Shown: piece after piece, positions 29,575 to 40,753 of the stretch
Layout: each line of letters starts with the position of its first letter
How positions within the stretch are numbered: position 1 is the first letter of the stretch
Assembly (NCBI GenBank): GCA_049840735.1
Contig: JASGJN010000026.1
Coordinates: 1 to 64,000 of the forward strand
DNA length: 64,000 bases
Reading direction: 5' to 3'
Source of the DNA: Anaeromyxobacter sp.
Lineage (GTDB): Bacteria > Myxococcota > Myxococcia > Myxococcales > Anaeromyxobacteraceae
Notes under the pieces: model-generated
What the model was told of the DNA's origin: nothing
Database searches by the model: none
The model's input: the letters and a program-made list of their open reading frames with translations, nothing else
Translations under genes and position numbers: made by a program

Positions 29575-31671
29575 TCACGGCGCGATGGAGACGCGGAGGT
29601 TGTCCATCCCCCAGGACTCGTCGCCCAAGTCCTGGATGCCGGCGCCCTCGATCCGGAGCGTGAAGCGGGCGGTCGCGCTGGTGTGCGGGAGGCCCTGCAG
29701 GCGCGGCTCGGCCCCCAGGTCGTAGGCGCTGTCGGTGTAGTAGCCGCCCGGTCCGCTGAAGCCGAGGTCCACGCGCCGCGCCAGCTCCACGCCAGGGGGC
29801 GGCAGGTAGGTCTGGACCTGGCCCGGGTCGGCGTTGGCGAAGGCCTCGCGGAAGATGGTCTCGCCGTCCAGCTCGATGGTGAAGTAGTCGCCTGCGGGGA
29901 AGCTGCCGGCGCCGTCGAGCGAGTCGATGGCCGCGAAGAGGAACGCGAGGCTGATGGTCCGGTGGGGCGGGAGCTCCTCGACCTGCACGCTGACCACGTT
30001 GCCGGTCGCGCTGCGCAGGAGCTGGCCCTGGAACGGCGCCGCCTCCGGCCCCAGCCCGGCGAAGTCCTGGACCGGGGTGCGCTCGGCGCCCGGCCCGAAG
30101 CCGATCGAGAGCGGCGGCGGTGACTCGAAGTCCACCGCCAGGACCTGCGTCGCGGCGCCCGGCGCGCCGTACAGGTTGAAGCCGGGGAGCTCGCGCGCGC
30201 CGGAGCCGGTCACCGTGTCCCCGACGCCCAGCTCGCCCGCGCCGTTCTCGCCGTACCCGCGCACGCGGCCGTCCGCGTCCCAGGTGTGCGTGTGCCAGCC
30301 CCAGGTCCGCGCGGCGCCGACCAGCCGGCTGGCGCCCGGCTCCTGCTCGAGGCCGCGGGTGCAGCGGGCGGCCGCGAGATCGGCGAGGATGGGGCCGGAC
30401 TGGAGCAGGTGGCCGCCGTGGACGAAGGCGGAGCCGGCCGCGGTGGCCGCCGCCATGGAGAAGCTGCTCGCGCCGGCCGGGAGGGGAATGGCGGCGGGCG
30501 TGGCGGAGGCCACCGCCTCGCAGGTCCCGGCCGCGCTGGTCCCGGGCGTGCCGTCGTAGGGGTGGAGGCCCCAGACGCGCGCGGTCCCGTCGGACAGGAT
30601 CGCCAGCGAGTGGCTGTAGCCCGCGACGACGCGCACCGCCGAGGCGATGCCCGCGACCTGACCCGCCGTCGCGGTGTCCGGCGTGGCCCGACCCAGCTCG
30701 CCGTGCTCGTTCGCGCCCCAGGACAGGATGCTGCCGTCGCTCCGGCGCGCCAGGACGCGGTGATACCCCGCGCTCACCTGCACCACGCCGGCGACGCCGG
30801 GGACCACCGCCGGGAAGTAGACGTCCGCCGGGGCGAAGACCCCGCCGGTCTCGGTCCCGATCCCCACGCCCCCCCGGCGGTTGTCGCCCCAGGCCACCAC
30901 CGTGCCGTCGTCGAGCACGGCCGCGTCCACCCGGTCGCCGGCCGACACGTCCACCACGCGCTCGAGGACGCCGGCGCCGCCGACCCCCTTCACCTGCACC
31001 GGCAGGAGCGCGGTCTGGTCCCCGGTGTCCGACGCCCCCAGCGCCGGGCTGCGCCCCCAGGCCCAGACCGTCCCGTCGTCGCGCAGCGCCAGCACGTGCT
31101 CCGGGCCGGCGGAGATGCGGAGCACCCGGTCCAGCACCCCGGCCCCGGAGGCGTCCCGGACCTGCACGGGCGCGGTGGTGCTGGCGGTGGTGCCCTGGCC
31201 CAGCTGGCCGACCCCGCCGTCCCCCCACGCCCACACCGTGCCGTCCGCCTTCAGCGCCACGCCGCCGTGCGCGGTGCCCGCCACCCAGGGCTCGGCCCGC
31301 ACCGGCGCCACCAGCGGCGCGACCGTCAGCGTCGCGGCCTGGCTCGTCACCGAGCCCGCGGCGTTGGTGACCACCACGCGAAAGGTCGCGCCCTGGTCGT
31401 CGAGCGTGGCCGCCGGCGTGACGTACGTGGCGCCGGTGGCGCCTGCGATGTCCGACGTGCCGCGCTGCCAGCGGAAGGAGAGGCCGGTTCCGCTGGCGGT
31501 GACCGTGAAGCTGGCGGTCTCGCCGACCGTGACGGCGCGCGAGGCCGGGTGCGCGGTGATGACGGGCGCGGAGACCTGGGGGGAGGCCCCGCCGCCGCCG
31601 CCGCCGCACGCGGCGAGCGCGAGGGCGGCGAGGACGGCTGGGAGCGGGTGCCGGAGGCTGGTGCGGGTCAT
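29575..31671 (-). CDS. Lipoprotein with Ig-like domain, RCC1/BLIP-II repeats and an uncharacterised C-terminal domain
   Basis: LAACGGGGG lipobox; PVITAHPAS...FRWQR...VVVTNAAGSVTS; repeated DGTVWAWG...GQLG. Confidence 0.85.
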   Translation of the reverse strand: MTRTSLRHPLPAVLAALALAACGGGGGGASPQVSAPVITAHPASRAVTVGETASFTVTASGTGLSFRWQRGTSDIAGATGATYVTPAATLDDQGATFRVVVTNAAGSVTSQAATLTVAPLVAPVRAEPWVAGTAHGGVALKADGTVWAWGDGGVGQLGQGTTASTTAPVQVRDASGAGVLDRVLRISAGPEHVLALRDDGTVWAWGRSPALGASDTGDQTALLPVQVKGVGGAGVLERVVDVSAGDRVDAAVLDDGTVVAWGDNRRGGVGIGTETGGVFAPADVYFPAVVPGVAGVVQVSAGYHRVLARRSDGSILSWGANEHGELGRATPDTATAGQVAGIASAVRVVAGYSHSLAILSDGTARVWGLHPYDGTPGTSAAGTCEAVASATPAAIPLPAGASSFSMAAATAAGSAFVHGGHLLQSGPILADLAAARCTRGLEQEPGASRLVGAARTWGWHTHTWDADGRVRGYGENGAGELGVGDTVTGSGARELPGFNLYGAPGAATQVLAVDFESPPPLSIGFGPGAERTPVQDFAGLGPEAAPFQGQLLRSATGNVVSVQVEELPPHRTISLAFLFAAIDSLDGAGSFPAGDYFTIELDGETIFREAFANADPGQVQTYLPPPGVELARRVDLGFSGPGGYYTDSAYDLGAEPRLQGLPHTSATARFTLRIEGAGIQDLGDESWGMDNLRVSIAP

Positions 31672-31930
31672 CGTGTGGTTCCCCTCGTTGGAGCGCGAGC
31701 CTTGGGCCGTGCCGCTCGGCGGCCGGCCCGGCAGCGTAGCGCCGGAACGTAGCGGCCGGGGGCGCTGCCGAAGAGGTGCACTCGCGCGAAAGGGCCTGGG
31801 CCACCTCGGGAGGTTCGGCCGGGGGCGGGCCCGCGCCGCCGGACGCCTGGACGGGGAGGGCGTCGAAAACCAGGCGGGATGCGGGCGGTTCGGGGCCCAC
31901 CCGCCCCCCGGGTCGATTATCCTCGGGGCC

Positions 31931-33414
<1,484 letters not shown>

Positions 33415-33418
<4 letters not shown>

Positions 33419-34551
33419 GCGGCGGCCCGCGCGGCTACCACCAGCGCGGCCGGATCGGCCGCCTCGACCGCGCGGGCGTGCTCAAGCGCCACGCGCAGGG
33501 CCGGGCCGGCCGAGAGCCGGGTGCCGGCCAGCGCGCCCACCAGCGCCCCGGCCGCCACGGTGGGCGCGTCCACGCCCGCCGCGCCCAGCCCCACCCCGGC
33601 CAGCACCAGCGCGCCCAGCGCCGCGGCCCGGGCGGCGTCGGTGCGCAGCGCCCAGGTGAGCAGCGGGCGGTGGCGCCAGCAGAAGCCGGCCAGCGCCGCG
33701 GTGAGCGCGGCCAGCCCGGCCGCGGCCCCCAGCCCCGGCGCTGGCGCCAGCAGCGCGCCCGCCACCGCGCCGGCCAGCTGCCCGCCCAGGAACAGGACCA
33801 GGGCGCGCCGCCAGCCCAGGATCAGCTCGGCCGCGGTGGTGACCGCCAGCAGCGCCAGGAACTCCGCCGAGGCCTGGGCCGGGCCGCCATGGACCAGCGC
33901 GCCGGTGAGGAGCCGCCAGACCTGCCCGGCCTGCAGGCGCGCCGGATCGCGGACCAGCCAGGCGGCCACCGCGGGCAGGTAGTGGGCGGTGAGCGAGACG
34001 GCCATGGTGGCGCCCACCAGCGCCACGCCCAGCCAGGCCTTGTGCCCCAGCGCCTTCTCGAGGAAGGGGAGTCCGGTCCGGCGGCGCAGCTCGCTCCAGT
34101 CCGGGAAGGGGATGGGCGAGAGGCCGGCCGCGCGGCGGGCGCGCATGAGCCGGAGGTCGCGCCACGCGCCGGGCACCAGGCCGGCCACCAGCGCCAGCAG
34201 CAGCAGCGGGAAGAGCGCCTCGGCGCCGCGGTCGGGGAAGGCCAGCAGCATGCGCAGCAGGAGGTACAGGCCGCCCGGCACCACCGCGCCGGCCAGCGCC
34301 GCCATGTTGCGCAGCCAGGCCAGCGCGGCCCGCTCCTCCTTGACCGGCGCCGGCGCGCCGGGCGGGTCCGGCAGGCGGGCCGCGGCCCGGCGGGCGGCGC
34401 GAGCCGAGGCCAGCGGGCAGCCGGCGAGGAACAGCACCAGCAGCGCGGCCGGCCGCGCGGCGCCCGGGAGCGCGTGGGCGGCCGCGATCAGCAGCGCGAC
34501 GGCCGCGAGCGGGGTCCAGGGGCTGGGCGGGGCCGGGGCGGGTGCGGGCAT
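33415..34551 (-). CDS. Rhomboid-like membrane protein lacking the catalytic dyad
   Basis: GQVWRLLTGALVHGG retained; GAAAG in place of GASG; no catalytic His (VDAPTVAAG). Confidence 0.75.
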
Positions 34552-34631
34552 GCGACGATGGTACACGGAGAGAGCGGGTTCACGATCGGTCCCGGGTGGC
34601 GCATCCGGGGCCTGGCGGCGCGAAGGATCGT

Positions 34632-35756
34632 TTACGCCTGGTCGGGCGGGCGGGGCGGGGGCTCAGGAGAGGCGACGGCCAGCGCGCGGGCGGCGGCCAG
34701 CGCCTGCCGCAGCGCCGGGCTGGGCTGGAAGAGCAGCCCGCAGACCAGGCCGAAGGCGAAGCCGCCGGCGTGGGCGGCGTTGTCCACGTTCTGCACCATC
34801 ACGCCCAGCAGCGCGGTCATGACCGCCGCCGTGCCGCCGCCGCGCACCAGCCGGTCGCGCACGCCCGGCGGCAGCAGGTCGCGCTGGCGCCAGCCGAACG
34901 TCAGCAGGGCGCCGATGACGGCGGCGATGCCGCCGGAGGCGCCGACCGCCGGGCCCGGGGTGAAGGCCACGCTGGCCAGCGAGGCGGCCACGCCGCCGGC
35001 CAGCATCACGAAGAGCAGGCGCCGGACGCCCAGCAGCAGCTCCGCGGCGCTGCCCACGCTGGAGAGGGCGGAGAGGTTCATGGCCAGGTGGAGGATGCCG
35101 CCGTGCACCAGCATCACCGTCACGAGCCGCCAGACCTCGCCGGCCAGGATGGCCTGGTTGTCCTTCCAGAGCAGGGCCTCGAGCGGCTGGTACAGCCAGG
35201 CCGCCACCGACACGAGCCCGATCACGATCAGCAGCGCGCGCGTGGCGTACGGCTTCCGCGCCAGGACGTCGTCGAGCGCGTGGTCGCCGGTGGTGCTGAC
35301 CCGCGCCGGTCCGACCGGAAGGAGCCCCTGGGCGCGCGCCTCGCGCAGCAGCCGGAGCCGGCGCCACTGGACGGGGAGCGGGAAGTAGAAGAGGAGGGCG
35401 AAGAGGAAGACCGCGAGCATGGGGTTGAACCGCGCATGGGCGGGGACCTCCAGCAGCGTATGGACCACGATCGCCGCCAGCGGTCCGGCCATCAAGGCGT
35501 CGAAGACGACCAGCGCGCGGACGGTGCGCAGCGTGTTGCGCTCCTCCTTCGAGGGCTCGGGGGCGCCGGGCGGCATCTCCAGCGCCTGCAGCTTGCGGCG
35601 CAGCGCGAAGAGGCTGGCGGGGACGCAGGCCAGGCCGAGCGCCACGGTGAGCAGGATGCGCGGGACCTCCGGCAGGACCTGCGCGGCGAGCGCCAGCCCC
35701 GCCACGCCCAGCAGCGGCCCCCAGGCTCCGCCCCCACTTCCCCGTGCCTCGCGCAT
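34632..35756 (-). CDS. Rhomboid intramembrane serine protease
   Basis: GEVWRLVT, HGGILHLAMN, VGASGG, DNAAHAGG. Confidence 0.92.
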   Translation of the reverse strand: MREARGSGGGAWGPLLGVAGLALAAQVLPEVPRILLTVALGLACVPASLFALRRKLQALEMPPGAPEPSKEERNTLRTVRALVVFDALMAGPLAAIVVHTLLEVPAHARFNPMLAVFLFALLFYFPLPVQWRRLRLLREARAQGLLPVGPARVSTTGDHALDDVLARKPYATRALLIVIGLVSVAAWLYQPLEALLWKDNQAILAGEVWRLVTVMLVHGGILHLAMNLSALSSVGSAAELLLGVRRLLFVMLAGGVAASLASVAFTPGPAVGASGGIAAVIGALLTFGWRQRDLLPPGVRDRLVRGGGTAAVMTALLGVMVQNVDNAAHAGGFAFGLVCGLLFQPSPALRQALAAARALAVASPEPPPRPPDQA

Positions 35757-35807
35757 CGCCCGATGCTACCTCTGGCGCCCGGGCCCCGCTCCGCGTATTT
35801 GAGGGGC

Positions 35808-36665
35808 ATGTCCCGCCAGCCCCCCGCGCGGCTGCTCGCCGCGGCCCTCGCCCTCGCCACCATGACCACTGCCTGCAAGAAGGACCCGCCCGACCCCGCC
35901 TTCGCCGCGGAGTGGAAGACCTGGCACGACGCGCGCGAGCAGCGGCTCCGCAGGCCGCAGGGCTGGCTGGCGCTGGTCGGGCTCCACTGGCTGAAGGACG
36001 GCGAGAACCGGGTGGAGGGGCTGCCGGGGACGTTCGTGCTGAAGGACGGCCAGGTCACGCTGCGGGCGGCCGCCGCCGACGGCTACACGCTGGAGGGCGC
36101 GCAGGTCACCGAGCGGCAGCTGGCGCCGGACGCCGCCGACAAGCCGGACCGGCTGACGGTCGGGAGCAAGGCGGTCGAGGCGCTGGTCCGCGGCGATCAG
36201 TACGCGCTCCGCGTCTGGGACGCGCAGAGCCCCATCCTCGCCGCGTTCCACGGCATCGAGGCCTACCCGGCCGACCCGCGCTGGAGGCTGGAGGCGCGCT
36301 GGGAGGCGTACGCGACGCCGCGCGAGGTGGAGGTCCCCTCCGCCGCCGGTCCGGCGTCCAGGGCCTTCGCGCCCGGCCGCGCCCACTTCACGGTGGACGG
36401 CCAGGAGGTGACGCTGGAGCCGACGCAGGACGGCGACGAGCTCTGGTTCGTCTTCAAGGACGCGACCGCGCCGGCCGAGACCTACGGCGCCGGCCGCTTC
36501 CTCTACGCGGGCGCGCCGAAGGACGGGAAGGTGGTGCTGGACTTCAACCGCGCCTACAACCCGCCCTGTGCGTTCACGCCCTACGCCACCTGCCCGCTGC
36601 CGCTGCCGCAGAACGTCCTGAAGGTCCGGATCGAGGCGGGCGAGAAGAAGTACGGGGAGCACTAG
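35808..36665 (+). CDS. DUF1684 lipoprotein
   Basis: GWLALVGLHWL, F.D.T...TYGAGRFL, LDFNRAYNPPCAFTPYATCPLP. Confidence 0.93.
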   Translation: MSRQPPARLLAAALALATMTTACKKDPPDPAFAAEWKTWHDAREQRLRRPQGWLALVGLHWLKDGENRVEGLPGTFVLKDGQVTLRAAAADGYTLEGAQVTERQLAPDAADKPDRLTVGSKAVEALVRGDQYALRVWDAQSPILAAFHGIEAYPADPRWRLEARWEAYATPREVEVPSAAGPASRAFAPGRAHFTVDGQEVTLEPTQDGDELWFVFKDATAPAETYGAGRFLYAGAPKDGKVVLDFNRAYNPPCAFTPYATCPLPLPQNVLKVRIEAGEKKYGEH

Positions 36666-36668
36666 AAC

Positions 36669-36822
36669 GGGGGCTGCGCCCCCGCCCCGCCGGCAAAGCC
36701 GTCGGGGCCCCACCCCTGCTACGGCGGAGCCGAGCGCGCTGCGGCCTGCCGGCCTTACGCGCTATCCGCCGCGGAGGGGCTTCGCCCCTCCCCCCTGCTT
36801 CGCAGGGGCCCCCCGCCCCAGC
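36669..36822. repeat. Multi-hairpin GC palindromic element / possible terminator
   Basis: GGGGGC TGC GCCCCC; GGAGGGGC TTC GCCCCTCC; CCCCTGC TTC GCAGGGG. Confidence 0.55.
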
Positions 36823-36889
36823 GCATGGTGCGAGCTCTCACCTTGCGCTGGCGCAGGGCGCGCGCGCCCGTCTCGGGTAGCATCGCGGG

Positions 36890-38728
36890 ATGCCCGCTTC
36901 GTCCGCGTCCGACCTCCGGCTCTCCTTCGTGAAGGCGCTGGTCCTCCCCGCGCTCACCTTCCTGCTGGTCCCGCTGCTCGCCATCGGCTTCGTCCGCTAC
37001 GGCGAGGGCCAGCTGGACGACAGCATCCAGGCCTCGATCGTCGCCTCGCTCGCGGCGGACCGCTCGCTGGCGCCGGAGGAGCGGGCGGCGATCGGCGACT
37101 TCTACGCCCAGCACCCGGCCTCGGCCGCCTGCCGCGACGGCGCGGGCGACCCGCGCCTGGAGCGGCTGCGCGAGGTCACCTGCAAGCCCCTCGAGGACGT
37201 GTGGCAGTTCGTGGCCGCCGAGCGGCTGGCGATGGCCGCCGCGGCGCTGGGCGTGGCGGCGCTGCTGGGGGCCGGGCTGCTGGGCCTGGTCGCCTTCTGG
37301 AGCCGGCGCGCCCAGTACTGGAGCTTCATGCTGGGCTGGCGCAGCCTCCAGATCGTCACCGCGCTGGAGACCGTGGCGCAGGGCGCGCTGCTGGTGTGGC
37401 TGTCGTACTGGGTGACGGCGCTCCTCTTCGAGCGCTACTTCCCGAAGCTCATCCTGATCATGGCCATCGTGGCCGGCCTGGCGGTGCTGGCGATCGTCCT
37501 GGCGCTCTTCAAGAAGGTGCCGCCGCCCGAGCCGCTGGAGGGCGAGCGAATCGAGGAGGCCCAGGCGCCCGGCCTGTGGCGCCGGCTGCGCGAGCTGGCG
37601 GCGCGGGTGGGCACCACGCCGCCGGACACGCTGGTGGGCGGCATCGACGACAACTTCTTCGTCACCGAGCAGCCGCTGGAGCTGGTGGGCGGCGGCACCA
37701 CCGGGCGCCGGGTCCTCTTCGTCAGCCTGCCGCTGCTCCGCATCCTCGACGCCAGCGAGGCGGACGCGGTGTTCGGCCACGAGCTGGCCCACCTGCGCGG
37801 CGGCGACACGGCGGCCTCGGCGCGCCTCTACCCGGCGCTGGTCCGGTACGCCGGCTACCAGCAGGCGCTGGCGGAGGGCGGCCTGACGGTGCCGGCGGCG
37901 ATGGTGATGCGCCTCTACCGCGCCATCTTCGAGCTGGCGGTGAAGCGCGACCAGCGGCGGCGCGAGCTGCTGGCCGACGCGGAGGCGGTGCGGGTGACCA
38001 GCCCGGACGACCTGGGCCGCTCGCTGCTCAAGATCACCGGCTACTCCAGCTTCCGCGCCGAGACGGAGCGGGCGCTGTTCGAGCAGCGGGCGGTGCACGA
38101 GGGCGCGCTGGCGCTGGGCGGCCGCATCGACCAGGGGCTCGGGGCCCACGCGGCCTCGGAGGGGTTCCAGGAGACGGTGCGGACGCAGCGCATCCCGCAC
38201 CCGTTCGACTCGCACCCGCCGCTGGAGGACCGGCTGGCGGCGGCGGGCGCGCGGGTGGCGGTGGCCGACGCGGCCGGCCTGCTGCAGCAGCGCCCGGCGG
38301 CGACCTGGCTGGACGAGGTGCCGGTGGCCCCGGAGATCGAGGCCCGGCTCTGGGACGCCTACGAGGCGCGCTTCAAGGCGGTCCACGAGGAGAGCCTGGC
38401 CTGGCGGTACCTGCCGGCCACGGCGGAGGAGCAGGCGCTGGTGGAGCGCTACTTCCCGGCCCGCGCCTTCCCGGCCAAGGAGGGCGAGGTGCGGCTGACC
38501 TGGGAGGCGCTGACCGGTCCGGACGGCGCCGCGGTGCTGCTGGCCGGGATCGAGAAGGCCAAGGTGGAGGACGGCACCTTCAGCAAGCGGCTGGAGCTGC
38601 AGCTGCGGGACGGCGGCAAGTTCAAGCTGGACCTCAAGCCGCTGGGCGACGCGCAGAAGGAGTTCCTGGCCGCCTTCGGCCGCTACTGGCAGCGCGCCCA
38701 AGCGGTGCGGGCGCAGCGGGCGGCCTGA
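36890..38728 (+). CDS. M48 (HtpX-like) membrane zinc metalloprotease
   Basis: GHELAH, RELLAD, DSHPPL..RL; several TM helices. Confidence 0.88.
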   Translation: MPASSASDLRLSFVKALVLPALTFLLVPLLAIGFVRYGEGQLDDSIQASIVASLAADRSLAPEERAAIGDFYAQHPASAACRDGAGDPRLERLREVTCKPLEDVWQFVAAERLAMAAAALGVAALLGAGLLGLVAFWSRRAQYWSFMLGWRSLQIVTALETVAQGALLVWLSYWVTALLFERYFPKLILIMAIVAGLAVLAIVLALFKKVPPPEPLEGERIEEAQAPGLWRRLRELAARVGTTPPDTLVGGIDDNFFVTEQPLELVGGGTTGRRVLFVSLPLLRILDASEADAVFGHELAHLRGGDTAASARLYPALVRYAGYQQALAEGGLTVPAAMVMRLYRAIFELAVKRDQRRRELLADAEAVRVTSPDDLGRSLLKITGYSSFRAETERALFEQRAVHEGALALGGRIDQGLGAHAASEGFQETVRTQRIPHPFDSHPPLEDRLAAAGARVAVADAAGLLQQRPAATWLDEVPVAPEIEARLWDAYEARFKAVHEESLAWRYLPATAEEQALVERYFPARAFPAKEGEVRLTWEALTGPDGAAVLLAGIEKAKVEDGTFSKRLELQLRDGGKFKLDLKPLGDAQKEFLAAFGRYWQRAQAVRAQRAA

Positions 38729-38757
38729 GCGTCACACCGACCGCCGGGCCTCGTCAG

Positions 38758-39528
38758 ATGGCGCAAATGATCCGCGCCCACTGCCCGCTCGCCCTGCTCC
38801 TGGTGCTCACCGCCTGCGGCGCCGGCGGCTCCGGTGGCACCACCGATCCGGTGGAGCCGCCGGTGATCCCGCCCTGGCTCGACACCGGGCCGCGGATCCT
38901 GCCGCTGGGCGACTCCATCACCGAGGGCTGGCCGTCCACGCGCGGCGGGTTCCGGGAGGCGCTCTACGATCGCTTCCTGGAGCGCGACCAGGCGGTGGAC
39001 TTCGTGGGCACGCTCGACCTCCACTCCGACGGCCTGGCCGATCGGCAGCACGAGGGTCACGCGGGCTGGACCTGCGCGGACCTGGAGGGGGGCGCGCCGG
39101 AGTGGCTCGCGCTCACCGACCCGGACGCCGTCCTCCTGCTCTGCGGCACCAACGACCTCTGGCACGCGGGCACGGGTCGCTCCATCGCCACCGCCGTGGA
39201 GGCGCTGGTGGCCCGCGTCCGCGCCGAGGCGCCGGAGGCGCACGTGCTGGTGGGGACCATCCCGCCCATCCGCTACGACTTCCCCGCCTTCGACGACACC
39301 GTCCGCGCCGCCAACACGCTGCTCCGCGCCGAGATCCCGGCGCTGGAGGACGACCACGTCCACCTGGTGGACCTGGCCGCGAGGCTCAGCCTGCGAGACG
39401 TCGCGGGCGACCTGATCCACCTCGACCCGCGGGGCCACGGCAACCAGGCCGTGGCCGACGCCTGGCTGGCCGGGCTGGACGGGATCCCGGGGCTGCTGGC
39501 GCCGCCTGCGACCATCGCGGCGCGCTGA
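38758..39528 (+). CDS. SGNH/GDSL hydrolase lipoprotein
   Basis: LTAC lipobox, LGDSIT, HEGHAG, GTND, DLIH. Confidence 0.88.
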   Translation: MAQMIRAHCPLALLLVLTACGAGGSGGTTDPVEPPVIPPWLDTGPRILPLGDSITEGWPSTRGGFREALYDRFLERDQAVDFVGTLDLHSDGLADRQHEGHAGWTCADLEGGAPEWLALTDPDAVLLLCGTNDLWHAGTGRSIATAVEALVARVRAEAPEAHVLVGTIPPIRYDFPAFDDTVRAANTLLRAEIPALEDDHVHLVDLAARLSLRDVAGDLIHLDPRGHGNQAVADAWLAGLDGIPGLLAPPATIAAR

Positions 39529-39556
39529 GCGGGCCCGGCTGCATTACAGTCCTCCC

Positions 39557-40753
39557 GTGCCCCACACCCCGTTCGACTTCGACCACCCGCCCGACCGCCG
39601 CAGCAGCGACTCCTTCAAGTGGCAGCGCTACGGCGCGCGCGACGTCCTCCCGCTCTGGGTGGCGGACATGGACTTCGCGGTGGCGCCGGGGATTGTGGAG
39701 GCGCTGCAGCGGCGGGTGGCGCACGGGGTCTTCGGCTACGCGGCAGCCCCGAGCTCGCTGGTGGAGGCGACCTGCGCGCACCTGCAGGCCGAGTACGGCT
39801 GGACCGTCGACCCGGGCTGGCTGGTCTGGCTGCCGGGGCTGGTCTCGGGGCTCAACGTCACCTGCCGCGCGGTGGAGGGCGGCGCGGTGACGGCGACGCC
39901 GATCTACCCGCCCTTCCTCTCGGCCCCGAAGCAGCTGGCCACGGTGCCGCTGCGGCGCGGCCCGCTCCGCTGGGAGTGGGACCTCCCGGCGCTGGAGGCG
40001 GCGCTCACGCCGGAGACGAAGCTGCTGCTGCTCTGCCACCCGCACAACCCGGTGGGCCGGGCCTGGGACGAGGACGAGCTGCGGGCGCTGGACGCGCTCT
40101 GCGAGCGGCGCGGGCTCACGGTCTGCTCGGACGAGATCCACTGCGGGCTGGTGCTGGACGAGGGGCGCCGCCACCGGCCCTACGCGGCGCTGTCGCCGGA
40201 GGCGGCGCGGCGAACCATCACGCTGATGGCGCCCTCCAAGACCTTCAACCTGCCGGGCCTGGGCTGCGCGTTCGCGGTGATCCCGGACCCGGGGCTCCGC
40301 CGCCGCTTCAAGCAGGCCATGGAGGGGATCGTCCCGCACGTCAACCTGCTGGGCTACGTGGCCTGCGAGGCGGCCTTCCGCCACGGCGGCCCCTGGCGCC
40401 AGGCGCTCCTCGCGTACCTGCGCGGCAACCGCGACCGGATCCAGGCCTTCGTGGCCAGCCAGCCGGCGCTTCGGACCACGCCGGTCGAGGCCACCTACCT
40501 GGCCTGGATCGACGCGAGCGCCACCGGCTGGGCCCGGCCGGACAGGGAGCTGGAGGCCGCCGGCGTGGGCCTCTCTGCCGGCCACGACTTCGGCCGCGGC
40601 GGGCTCTACGACGGCTTCGTGCGGCTCAACTTCGGCTGCTCGCGGGCGCTCCTCGACGAGGCGCTGGCGCGGATCCAGCGGTTACTGGAGACGATCCGCT
40701 CGCGCTCGATCCGCGGCGGGTCGCCTACGACACCCCGGCCCCGTTCGGCCTGA
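39557..40753 (+). CDS. patB: MalY/PatB PLP-dependent C-S (cystathionine beta-) lyase
   Basis: LPLWVADMDF, GVFGY, CHPHNPVGR, SDEIH, APSKTFNLPG, RLNFGC. Confidence 0.92.
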   Translation: MPHTPFDFDHPPDRRSSDSFKWQRYGARDVLPLWVADMDFAVAPGIVEALQRRVAHGVFGYAAAPSSLVEATCAHLQAEYGWTVDPGWLVWLPGLVSGLNVTCRAVEGGAVTATPIYPPFLSAPKQLATVPLRRGPLRWEWDLPALEAALTPETKLLLLCHPHNPVGRAWDEDELRALDALCERRGLTVCSDEIHCGLVLDEGRRHRPYAALSPEAARRTITLMAPSKTFNLPGLGCAFAVIPDPGLRRRFKQAMEGIVPHVNLLGYVACEAAFRHGGPWRQALLAYLRGNRDRIQAFVASQPALRTTPVEATYLAWIDASATGWARPDRELEAAGVGLSAGHDFGRGGLYDGFVRLNFGCSRALLDEALARIQRLLETIRSRSIRGGSPTTPRPRSA

